Assembly: GCA_977016875.1 (NCBI GenBank)
Contig: CDRNST010000127.1
Coordinates: 248,001-312,000, forward strand
Length of the DNA: 64,000 nucleotides
Reading direction: 5' to 3'
Origin: Pavona decussata
Lineage: Eukaryota
Every line of letters begins with the position of its first letter. Position 1 is the first letter of the stretch. The notes under the pieces are model-generated. The model ran no database searches. It had not been told where the DNA came from and saw only the letters and a list, made by a program, of their open reading frames with translations. The translations under genes were made by a program, and so were the position numbers. Positions 14,501 to 26,500 of this stretch are shown piece by piece.

Positions 14501-17500
14501 GTGCAGAAATAATACGAAATACAATATAAAATGCGACTCGGTTGTACTGTATACTCCAGTCATAAACAACACAACAGAAAAACGACACAGCTTGTGACAA
14601 CTTTGCAGATATTTGCAACAGAAATTTTGAGAAAGATGTGGCATTTAGAATGAACAAATAAAACAAAAACTAGTCTCCTACAGAAATCGAACTTATAACC
14701 TTCCGTGCATTGGTAGGATACTCTAACTGCTGAGAGCTGAGGAGAGACTCGTGGGGAACTAAGTCACTAAGGCACGGTGCCTTTCAATACCGAGGTATTT
14801 TTGCGCGGTTTAAGACTAAGCGGGAAAGGCAGATCTTAGCAGGGGCTATTGTAATCCGAAAAGAAAACTGGGGCTATCCACGCATTTTTCAGAGGTAATT
14901 ACCCAACACTAAACTGATGTTAAAAAGCTTCAAATTACATAACAATGTATAACATTTTTACCCAAATTAAAGCTTAATTATCTCTGAAAAATGGGTAGTT
15001 ACGACAATTTTTTCTAGCTTTTAATAACCCTTATTAAGATGTGCTTTTCCCGCGTAGTTATAAACCGCGCAAAAATATCTTTATAGAAACCGTCCCGAAA
15101 AGCCCAGAACGTATTGCGCAATAGCATATGGGGCCACCAACTATTTTCGTATCTTTGTTGTTGTTGTTATTGACTCTTTGTAAGACAAAATACCATAACC
15201 CAGATTTGACCTTCTTTCTATATGTAGTGAAATTATCATTTGGCTGTGAGTTTGAAATTTCATTTCTTTACTATCTTTAATTATTCCACTGTTACGTCAT
15301 ATCACCAAGTTAGGCAAGAGAACGCGCAAAATATAAGACCGTAATACACTGTAGTGTCCCGGTTTAACCGGTTTACAACAGCGCGAATACGGACAGACAC
15401 TTCACTGACTTTCTGTGTTGTTTACGTCATTCCCACGCGCTATAAACTGATGGACAGATAATGCCAGAAAAGAGAAGCCAAAAATAACAAACTTTTTTGT
15501 AGTGGAACAATAAATCTCTTATTAGATGGTTTTACATATAATATGGGTGGACATTTTGCTCATTGCTTTTATATTTCCTCGCCCCTTCGGGGCTCGAAAA
15601 AATACTACGCCACTCGCAAAATATACGCGCGTATTATATGTAAAACCATCGAATAAGATATATTTATTGAGCACTCCTACCTTCAGTTGTAGCTGGGATA
15701 GTAAGCTTTTTCTTCCCCTTTTCTGTAATTGGTCTCGTCGTCTTCAAATGGCTTTTGGGTCTTGACCGGCTCTTAGACCTAAACAGCTGTCGTATGTCCT
15801 CAAGTCCCGGTCGCTCGGGATTTGGCCCGCGGGATGGGTCATTCCCTTGTGAGATGTTCTGTGTCTGGAGTAGGGATTTCTGTCTTTGAGATGTAGATGG
15901 CTGTGTTGTATCTTCAGCCGTAGACACAGGCGGCAAATTCCCGGTTATGTCATCTAGACTGACCACTTCCGGGGGCAAATCGTCTCCATCTTCATTATTT
16001 AATTTATTTAACTTTCTTTCCAAGCCACCTGGTGTTTTTAAGCCAAGGTATGTGCTCTGGTTGTCGTTAAGAAGTGGCATGGAATCCTCTGATTTTTGAG
16101 TCTGCTTTGGAGCAGTGACACGTCTGCTGGGCTTACGCTTTTCTCCTCTAATCTCCGCGGTTACTTCCTTAACAGCGCTGTCCGCCACATTGTCAATAAG
16201 CTGCTGTAAAGCATTCCGCCATTTATGTTTCCTCCCTTTGGTAGAAACATTACCACTTACTGCGGATCCGTTGGTTTTCAATAGCGGCGCAATAACCGGG
16301 TGTTTAGCTTCAATTTCAGCAACAATCTTGTCAATGAACGACTGGTTGACGGTGGGATGTTTCGAAACTAAGTTATTCGCCAAAACAGCGTCATTTTTGT
16401 TGGAGTCGCTGAACACTTTATTAGGCTTTGACGTCTTTCTTTGTGCGTCTTCATGGTAATATGGATCTTTGTGATGGTTCCGAAGATTGTGACGCACATT
16501 ATCTAAGACAGAAATTGAAACAAAAACAAATGTTAATTGATCTTCAGCTATTATATTCGCTGCCGAGGTTAATTTTATTTATATTGCGATACGATATACG
16601 ACTAGATACAGTGCCGGTACTATAATATGAACTACCGTAAAATAAAATAAGAACATACTGGGGGAATGTGAAATAAATGTGATGCTATGTTATGTGGGGA
16701 AATGTTGTGGAACTGGCGACTGTTTTCCCAATTTTGTTTCACGAACAAAACAACAGACTACTTACAAAGAAGGGCATGAGCGGATATCTGAATTGAGTTT
16801 ACAATAAACATGTCTTCGTCTTGACAAACAGCATGTTCATTCTATCTTACTGTACACCCTTAATTCACTTTTTTGAAAGACTCTGTAAAATTACCGTGAC
16901 AGATGTTCAGCTGATCAAATCCCTTAAATTCGTCTCTTCTCAAACCTCGAATTTCACGTTCGATTTATCTCTTTCACCTTGCAAGCAATTAAAATTTTAG
17001 AGCTACAGAAAATAGATTTACCGTACACGTTCACCTGTTTCGGATACCTTGCTTTTCTTTGCCGTTAATTGTTTAACTATTATATCAGACAAAAGATGAC
17101 GGGTACATACCAGTAATGTGGACTTGTGGCTTACGCTGTGCGTCCCCGATACTGCTATTCAGCGGACGTGTATTCCCAACAGAAGAACCCAGGCTTATCG
17201 GTTTCGATATTTTACTGGAACTTGTGGGGATGAACGACCTTTGACGCTGTCTTTCTGCCTCACGAGACGTCACTTCAGATTTCTTCTGAGAATTACTTTG
17301 CTGACGGTACATTTTCTTCATTTTCTTATAGATCTGCTTCATCTCCCTCAAGACCGATTCCTCCTCTTTTTTCTTTCTTCGCTGGTGCTTTTTCTCTATC
17401 CTTGATCGAGTTCTCTTTCGGTCAAACTTTCTTCCTTTCTTCCAATCTCCCGAAGCGAAAGTACGCTGACCTTTCTTTTTCCTGTAACTATTCTTTCCTT

Positions 17501-20500
17501 TAACCGATGCTTGCTTTGTCCCTCTCTTGTATAACTCCTGCACACGGCTGTAAATGGTTTTGATATAATCCATGAGGTTGCGACTTGCAGGTTCCCCAGA
17601 TCCTTCAACTTTATCTGTTACGTATTGCTTCACAACTGTAATTGTCTTGTGACTAGGCTTCCCAAAAGAAATTGTAGGGCTAGGCTTCGAAATAGACATG
17701 GCAGGGGTAGACATTCGAGAAGACATAGGAGGCTTGGGTATACGTTCCTCATTCCGCCTTGAGTAATTAGTGACTGCGTTCTTCCCAGCAGTTGCATTAC
17801 TTCTTTGAGAGTGTTGCTCGATTAGATCCTGCAAACGATTGTAAATTGTGTTGATTCTGTCAAATATTGCGTCTAAGTCAGGTTTTTTGTGGCGAGACTT
17901 TCTGTCCTCTCCACGGAGGGAAGTGATACTTTCATGGTGATAACCAGAGCTAGGATAGATGTCTTCGGATGTTTTCACAACAGCGATTTGTTCACTTTCC
18001 TTAATATCATTTGAACGAGTTGATTCTAGACTATGACCGCTTGGGACCAACTTGTGCCTATGTGTATAGTCATTTTTAATGGTGCTTTGCTCAGGGTGTG
18101 ATTTCTCAAACTTTGTGTCCATTTGAGCAAATTCTGACAGCGTAGGTTCGGATTTAGACGTGGTAAAACGAGGTTCGGGCTCTTTAGTGTGTTTGATTGC
18201 AGTATTTTGGACTATATCTCCTTTACGGCCTGATAATTCATCGAAGGGGCGCTCATGTTGCTGTTCTTTTTGAAACTCATCTTCGTTTACATCTTTGCTC
18301 TCTCTTTGCTTATAAAATTCAAAATGCACCTTAGCTGTGGGAGCTATTTGCTCATGAAAATTCTTCATTTGATCTTTGTTCTCACTGCTCGAGCTAACCC
18401 ATAGCTTTCCTTCTGGCAAGTCTGCGTCAGTTTGGTTTTCAAAGTTAATTTCATCTCCGTGTTTAAACTTCTTTTCCTTTCTCTCCTTCTGCGTTTCCAA
18501 CAGGAAATCCGGCTTTGGGGTAGGAGACATCTGTTCGTGAAAATTTTTCATTTGATCTTTGTTCTCACTGCTCGAGCTAACCCATAGCTTTCCTTCTGGC
18601 AAGTCTGCGTCAATTTGGTTTTCAAAGTCAATTTCATCTGCGTGTTTCAACTTCTTTTTCTTCCTCTCCCTCCGCGTTTCCAACAGGATATCCGGCTTTG
18701 GTGTAGGAGACATCTGTTCGTGAAAATTTTTCATTTGATCTTTGTTCTCACTGCTCGAGCTAACCCATAGTTTTCCTTCTGGCAAGTCTCCGTCAATTTG
18801 GTTTTCAAAGTCAATTTCATCTCCGTGTTTAAACTTCTTTTTCTTCCTCTCCTTCCGAGTTTCCAACAGGAAATCCGGCTTTGGCGTAGGAGACATTTGC
18901 TCGTGAAAGCTTTTCATGTCGTCGACGTTTTTATTTCCCGAAACGCTTTGCTTGTCAAATTGAAATGTATCTTTCCTTTCACTTTCATGAGGGATTGCCA
19001 TATCATCTTTGTTTTTGTTTCCAGAGTTAACCCAAACTGGTTCTTCTGGCTTCTTTCCTGTTTTGTTGGTTAGTTTCAGGTTCATAATTTCACCTAACTC
19101 CAGACTATCTTTGTCTGGTTCAGGCTGTCCATACTTATTTTCGAAACCTTCATCAACTCCAACTTTCTTGTGCTTTCCCGATTCCTTCGGATGCCCAGAT
19201 GCACTACCCGCAGTATAAATAACACGTTCTTCTATAGCATGTTCGTCTGTTGGCCTCCAATGGTTCGAATGGTTCTTCTTTGAAAAGGTATGTTGCTCCC
19301 TCAGTCTTTTCTTTTTTGGTAGCGCCTTTCTCGTTGAGTTTACATGATGTGCCTTTTCATGTATTTTTCCATGGAATCTTTGAATGCTGTGTTCCTGTAT
19401 GTTATGCTCATCTGTTGGAGGGTGCCAAGGGGGCCTGTCTGTATCTACAAGAACCACTCTCTTACTTGCGTTGGAATCTATAGCAGACCCTGCATCATTG
19501 TAACCTAATCTGCTCTTTCTTTCCTTTATTTTATTTGAAATCCTTTTTCTCTTTATTTTCCTCAATGGTGGCTTACGTTTGCTTTTCTGGACGTCCCCAG
19601 CTGCAGAACCCGAAGGCGATTTCTTCTTTGTGCGACCTGGCTTGTCCTTTGTAGCCTTAAGAGAGCGAATTTCTCCTTCAAGATATTTATTCTCTTCTGT
19701 GATGTTAAACAGTTTCTTTATCACGATGTCCATCTTTTCATCCGTTGGGTTAACAGTGTGTTTTTTTGTTGCATTGCCTTTAAGTATTAGTTTGTGTTGT
19801 TTGCTCTTCAAATGCGCATCTGTGGTGCGAAGAACAGTTTTATTAGATGAATAGTTACCGACGCTATGCTTCTGATCTTCCAAAGTGGCGTTTGCCGTCG
19901 ATTTAATAACATTGCGAGCTGTAAGTTTGTTGTCTGGAATCACCACAAATTCTTCGTCTATTGTCTGAGTGATGTTCTTCAGTTCAGCGAAGTCTTTCTT
20001 GTAAGAATTCCGGTTTGTCTTGTTCGCTCGAACCTCTTTATAATGAACCACATTCACTGGTTGTTTATCGACAGAATAAAAACCAGAAAGAGTTGAATTG
20101 AAGTCAGACGGCTTTATCACTGGACTGGAATTGTTCTTAATAAAATAAACAACCTTGGGGTCAAACCTTGATTTCCTCGCTGGGACGATCTCACAAGCAT
20201 AGCCGCTTGAGCACATCACTGTGTAGCAGTTATTAAGAAACATAAAAATTAAGTCACAACCAAGTTGTTGGCAGCAAAAGTCAACGCATTGCTTGGTAGA
20301 GTTTACTTTTCCACGCGACGTGAAATTTCCAGCGTGGTATCCCATTCTGAGGGTGACTTCCTTATACTCATCGGAGTGTGCACAAGTTTTATTTTTTGTC
20401 TTAGTGGATTTCATTTTAGTTTGTGTTTCATCTTCGATCGCCTCCAGCACCGCGTTAATTGGTGGCAATGTTGTTGCAGGCTTGGTGGTCGGTTTTGAAT

Positions 20501-23500
20501 GATGGCGGTAAACATGAATGACTGTCGGGTTGAAATTTGGCAGCATCGAGGGCGTTGAACCACAGAGGTATTCGTCAAAACATTTAACAAGGAAACAGCG
20601 ATTGAAAGCATAAAATGCTACATCGCAATCGTTGGCCTTGCAGCATAACTCGGTGCAGATAGACGATCCGTTAACCTTTCCAGCGTCAGTGAATTTTCCT
20701 GCGTGAAGACCTCCTCTGAGAGTCACGTTGTGTTCAGTTACAGAAGAAATACAGCCTGAATGGATTTTCTGTGGTGAAATGGGCGTTTCAGCCATTTGCA
20801 ACAAACTGCTATCTCTATTTGGTGCGGGTCTTTTCATAGTTATTGTGTGACTTGGTATCGTAGACTCATGTGATGGACTAACAAATGACGAGAATAATAG
20901 GCTAGTTTTGTTATTAGCAACTTCTGGTGCTAACAGTTCCGGTTGCTGTGGTGACAGCTTGGGGGGAGGTGCCATGGGTTTCATAGTGGGGGAAGGTTTA
21001 ATGTTCGGTTTCGCTGCAGTTTCTTTCACTTTATCTTCGCCCAAATTTCGTGTAACACGAGAAATCATCGGATTAAAGTTAGTGGCCAAAGCGGGTGTGC
21101 TATCGCACATGCGTGGATTAGAACTCGAGCACGTGACCAGGAAACAGTGGTGGAGTACCATAAAGGCTAGATCGCATATTGGACTTGAACAACAATGTTG
21201 AGAGCAACTCTTCATATCGTTCACTTTACCAACCTCATGGAACAGTCCTGAAGAGAGTCCTCCCCGCAAAGTTTGGTTGTACTCGACTTGGTCTGTTTTG
21301 CAGCTTGAATCTTCCTGAACAGGCGCTTGGGTTGGCAATAAAGGAACAGTGGATTTTGTGCTGAGGAGTTTATTGTGATGACGCAATGGGCTTTTTACGT
21401 GGTGCGGTTTGGGTTTTCTTGTGGCAAGTGGTCCCGAACTTGTTGCATGAGTCATCCTTTGTCTACGCGTTGGCTTTTCATTTCTTTTTAGACTCTCAGA
21501 ATTTACAGATTCAGCATTATGTGACAAAGTTAATCTGCTTTTATCTCCATCATCATTAAAAAGACGCTCCACTTTAGAAGCAAAACTATTTTTACTGTTT
21601 GTGGTATTCTGCGACTTGTGAGTGCCTGTGTTTTTCTTTCTTGGCGCAGTTGGCTGATTCTGCTGATTTACTGCAGTTGTCGGTGTAGGCGTGGAGGATT
21701 TTCCGTCCAATTTAGGGGCTAATGTGTGTGCTTCAGTCGACGTATTCTTCATGCCAGTTGCTTCTGGCCTAACAAGGGCCTTCTTAGGCTTCATGAGGCG
21801 GAACAGCTGCTCTAAGTCGCTATGTGACAATTTCCTATTCCTTTTCTTATCCAATTTACTTTTGAAGCGTTGTATTTTAGCGGCTTTAGATGATGCAGTT
21901 CTCGTGTGCTTTAGGTCAGTTACTTTTATGTTGCCATGATGTTTCTTTATTGGCTTTCTTGCTTTCTTTTTCTTTAGCTCTGGTGCTACCGTCACGTGCT
22001 TGATCTTGTGGTGCGTTGCTTGGTTACCAGGCTTATTTTTACCTTTTTTGCTTTTCATTTTGTAATGTCTTTTGTTATTATGGTGTGATTGCGTCGCATT
22101 GTTCTTGCGATCTAACAATTTCTTGGTTTTTATACTATGTCTACTACTGTTATCAAAAGATTTTACTAGCGCGGGGAGGGTCGAAGACGGTGTAATATGA
22201 TCAGCTTTAACTACGCTTTGAGGATGTTCAACTGTTTCTTGCTCGTCCATAAATGACATAAGTTGCGAAACGTTGGTCCGTCGCACATGCGCAACACGTG
22301 GCCTGAACATACTATTTCTCGCTTGAACTGTCTGACATCCTTTTTTGGTATAGCACGTGACAAGGTAGCACCGCTCCTTAAGCATGAAAGCCACATCACA
22401 CCTGTCAGAGTCACAGCACTTGCGGATGCACTCGCCCATGTTTTCAACCCTCCCCTGGTCCCGGAAATAACCCGATCGGATACCGTTGCGTAGCGTAACA
22501 TTGTAAGAGATCGGGCTGTCGAGACAAGAGAAGGGTTGATTGATTGAGTGTCGAGGGAGGTCTTCTAAAGTCCTTGTTAGCCCAGATGAAAATCCTGACA
22601 ATACTCCCCCCTTTGTTGTTGATTTGTTATGTTCAGTATGAGCTGATGAGTTTGTGTTTAGACTGAACATTGGCGACGGCATTAAGCTCGATTTGTGGAT
22701 GGATGATGCCAATATTGATGGTGTAGCATAGTGGTGGTGGTGTGAAAACGAGGCACCGACGGTTTGATTTCTAATTTGTTGAAGTTTAAGAATCTTGCTT
22801 TGATTTAGAGAAAGTACAGCAGAACTCCAGACTCCTAACTTCAAGATGCTACTGTTCAGCATCACTTGTCTATTTGCTGTCGCTGGAGAGGGACTTAACA
22901 AGTCCGCGAGCTGCTCCGAGTCAAATCTGCCAATTACATCAGCGACGGTAGATTTATTCTCTGTTTGCGAGGTGTTACTCTCATCTCCTTCTCCCATAGC
23001 TGGAAGCGCCGCATCGAGTAGGGAGATCGTCTTTGTTGATTTATGGGTAAACAAACGCGTGGAATTCACACTAGAAATCTTGTTAACATAAACAATTTTT
23101 GATCTGTATTTTGAGGTCTTAGCAGGTACACTCTCACAGAGCTGTTTGTTGTGACATCTGACAGTAAAACAGTTTTCCAACAGCATCAGCGCAAGGTCGC
23201 AATGATTTTCTCCACAACACAAGTCGATACACTGTTGTATATTCACGACTTTTCCATTGTCCTTGAAATGACCCGCGTTTAACCCACCACGGAGCGTCAC
23301 GTTATGTTTTTGTTCGCTGCTCGTACAATTATGACGCGATTCTAATGGAAGTGTAAACACTTTGGAAAACAGCCACTGCGATGGCGAAGGTTTTATCTCC
23401 AATGAGTTTGGCAGGCTTACCGTCCTGGTAGTAACAATCGATGGTAAATAACTGTCCGTAGCTTGAAGAAAACTCAATTTTTTTCCTGTTATTGAAGTAT

Positions 23501-26500
23501 TAAGGCGTGTCCTCTCCGCGCTTGACCCAGAAGGCGAAGGTTTCGCACTGTTTTCCAAAATATTAGTAAAATTATCTTGATCTCGTCGCACACGAGAAAT
23601 GAAAGCAATTCTAGGTGTGAATGTCAAGTTTTTTGCTGGAACAGGATCGCACAAATGCTCGTTATAACACGCGATTGTATAACATCTTGTTAACAACATA
23701 AACGCCAAACTACAGAATTGCCAACGGCAACAGTGCTCAATACATTTTCGCATATTTTGCACGGTCCCTTGGTCTTTAAAAACCCCCGTGTTGATTCCTC
23801 CTCGCATGGTTGCATTGTAATAAACAACTGTACTTTGGCATATTTCATCTTCTGAAAAAGCTCCACTAGTTTCTAATTCTTTCCCAAGGAAGGTGACATT
23901 TCTGGTCCTTTTAGCCCATTCTAAGCTCGATAGGGGCGAATTTCCTATCAGTGAAGATGGCGTAATTGTCTTATCAAGTAGATGACGCGTGCTTTCTGGA
24001 CGTGTTGACATACCTATTGTTTGAATCAATCCAACTAATTCCTGTTTGTTTTCTTTGACTGGCTCAATCGTAGATTTGATTAACGCCCCAGGAACAGGTA
24101 CAGCGGGTGGTACAGTTGGTGACCTTAAATTCATGCGAGGACCAATGAAATGCCTAGTTAATGTCAAGTGTTTGTTATCTGTTATCGTCTCCTGTATAAA
24201 ACTCAATTGGCTGAATAGAGCCAAAGTCCTACTTGAGAGGTGTCCAACAGTTGTCGCTAAACTCTCAAAATCGCTTTCAATTTTGAATTTTGGCGATGAC
24301 GGTTGAACCAACCTGGCCAGAAGATCTCGTACGACAGCAGTCTCATCTCTAGAGACATGCACCAGCTCAGTGAAGTAGTCGGCGTTTCGCGCAGGAATAC
24401 TTTCACAAAGGCGGGAACTAAAGCACGTGACTAGAAAGCATCTCTTCATTATCATAAAGGCCACGTCACATTTGATTACACTGCAACAATGATCAGCACA
24501 CTGCTCAATGTTTGAGACTAAACCGGCATCCAGGAATGAGCCAGCGTTCACTCCTCCGCGTAAAGTTACCTCTTTTTCCAAGTTACCATGACGACAGTTG
24601 TCATGGAGACGAGCCATGCTGGTTTTGCTTTCCGTTATGAGTTCAGTTGATGCAGAAAATAAGGGAGTACTACCTTGAGTTTTCGCAATTGTGTCGATAT
24701 GAGTGACAGATATAATAGGCGAACTTAAATTTCTTCCAACATAGGCCAGCTGTGGTTGAAAGATTAAACTACGTGCTGGAATACTCTTACATGAAGTTTT
24801 ATTGTAACAAATCACTGAAAAACAGCGGTTCAAAAGCATAAAGGCGACACTGCAGTTGGCCCTGCCGCAACAAAGTTCAATGCATCTTTCCATACTTTTA
24901 ACAGTTCCTTCATCTTTGAAATGTCCACTATTGATTCCCCCACGAAGAGTTACATTTTGCCGAGTAATGGAAGCCTTACAAAGGAACTTGTCTTTGACAT
25001 TTTCAGGTTTTGGTGTCTTTTTAGTTGCACTGTTGTCTCCTGGATCTCTAGGAAAGAGGCCCATTGTAAACATCCCGGATCTTGTACTTGGAAACAATTT
25101 GTTCTGTTTGAAGCTGGAGTCGAAAGGCCTTGTTACTGTCTGGCTTTTTCCTTCGGTTGGGAGTGGCACCTTTTTCTGCATGTATATAACTCTGGGTCTG
25201 AATGTGAGAGTCTTGGCAGGAACGCTATCACAAAGTGTTCTGCTCTTACAAGTGACCAGAAAACATCGATTCAAAAGCAAAAATGCCGCATCACATGTTT
25301 TGGAGAGACAACATTGACTGATACATTCAGCATCATTACTCACTGTTCCAAAATCTCTTAAAACACCAGCGTGTACCCCGCCTCTCAATGTTGAATTAAC
25401 GTGTACTGGAGAATGTTTGCATAAAGCCGCCTTGTGTATTCCAGTGATGTTTAAAGATAGTTCACGCAAGGGTTGCATCGCTAGTGACATGTCCAATCCT
25501 TTTGATGCAATCAATTTGGACGAAAATTTGGTTGCCGTTACAAATGCAGACGTTAGCGTTGTGACGGATGGCTTGACCGTTTCTCCAGGAATGATGGTTA
25601 TTCGAAGAGGAGTGTTCAGAACACTTAGGAAAAGAGAACTTGACTCAAAGCTTCTTTCAGTAGCGGAACTAAGATTATGGAAAACAGATGATGGTGCTCT
25701 GACACCATCATCATGAGGATTTCTGTTCTTTTGAGTGAGGATGTCTTTGATGCTTTTAAGCAGCTGTGCAAAATATCCAAACATACCACTTTTCTCGCCG
25801 TTAGCAGCCATTTCTGCTGAGCTTGTTTGCAGTTCTTTTGCTGTATATTGGCGACTTAATTTAATGGTTTGACTACTATCTCTTGTAACTGGTGCACTTT
25901 CTTTCCACATCGAGTGCGAATCGAAATGTTTGACGGATGCCATCGATGGGACCCGGGTTCTGGACAACGGAGGTGTCGAAATCTTGCTGTGTATTGTACT
26001 CGAAAGCTTAACTACATCTGACGGGGTTGGGTTATTTACACGCATGGTTTCAGGACGTGGAAGAGGTGATGGATGTCCATCAAGGCCCGCATATGGTAAC
26101 AAAGCTTGAAACTGTATGTTGTGAGACGTTCTGGATGGCGACGCTCGCAGACCATCGTTACGGATGGAGAGGCTTTGATGTCTTCGGGACCTGCCAAGTG
26201 TAGTTGTTGTTGTAGGGCTCAAGTATTTAGGTGTGAGCTGTGGCATGCGTTGATTGTCAGCGCTGGCCAACAACGTAAATGAATCTGTAGTCTGGAGGTT
26301 CCCTGTTGTTGCTGCTTTGCCAGATTTCACTTTATCATTCAAAACTGCCCTTCTTGCACCCACAGATACTTTGGCGAGCGAAGAATCAGTAGAGGCGCTT
26401 GAAATCCTTTTCGAATTGCCAATCGAGGGTAGGCGTGGTGACATCTCGTGAAGAGGTCTGATTTGCTCTAGTAACGCTCCTGATATCGGTGTTGAGTCTG

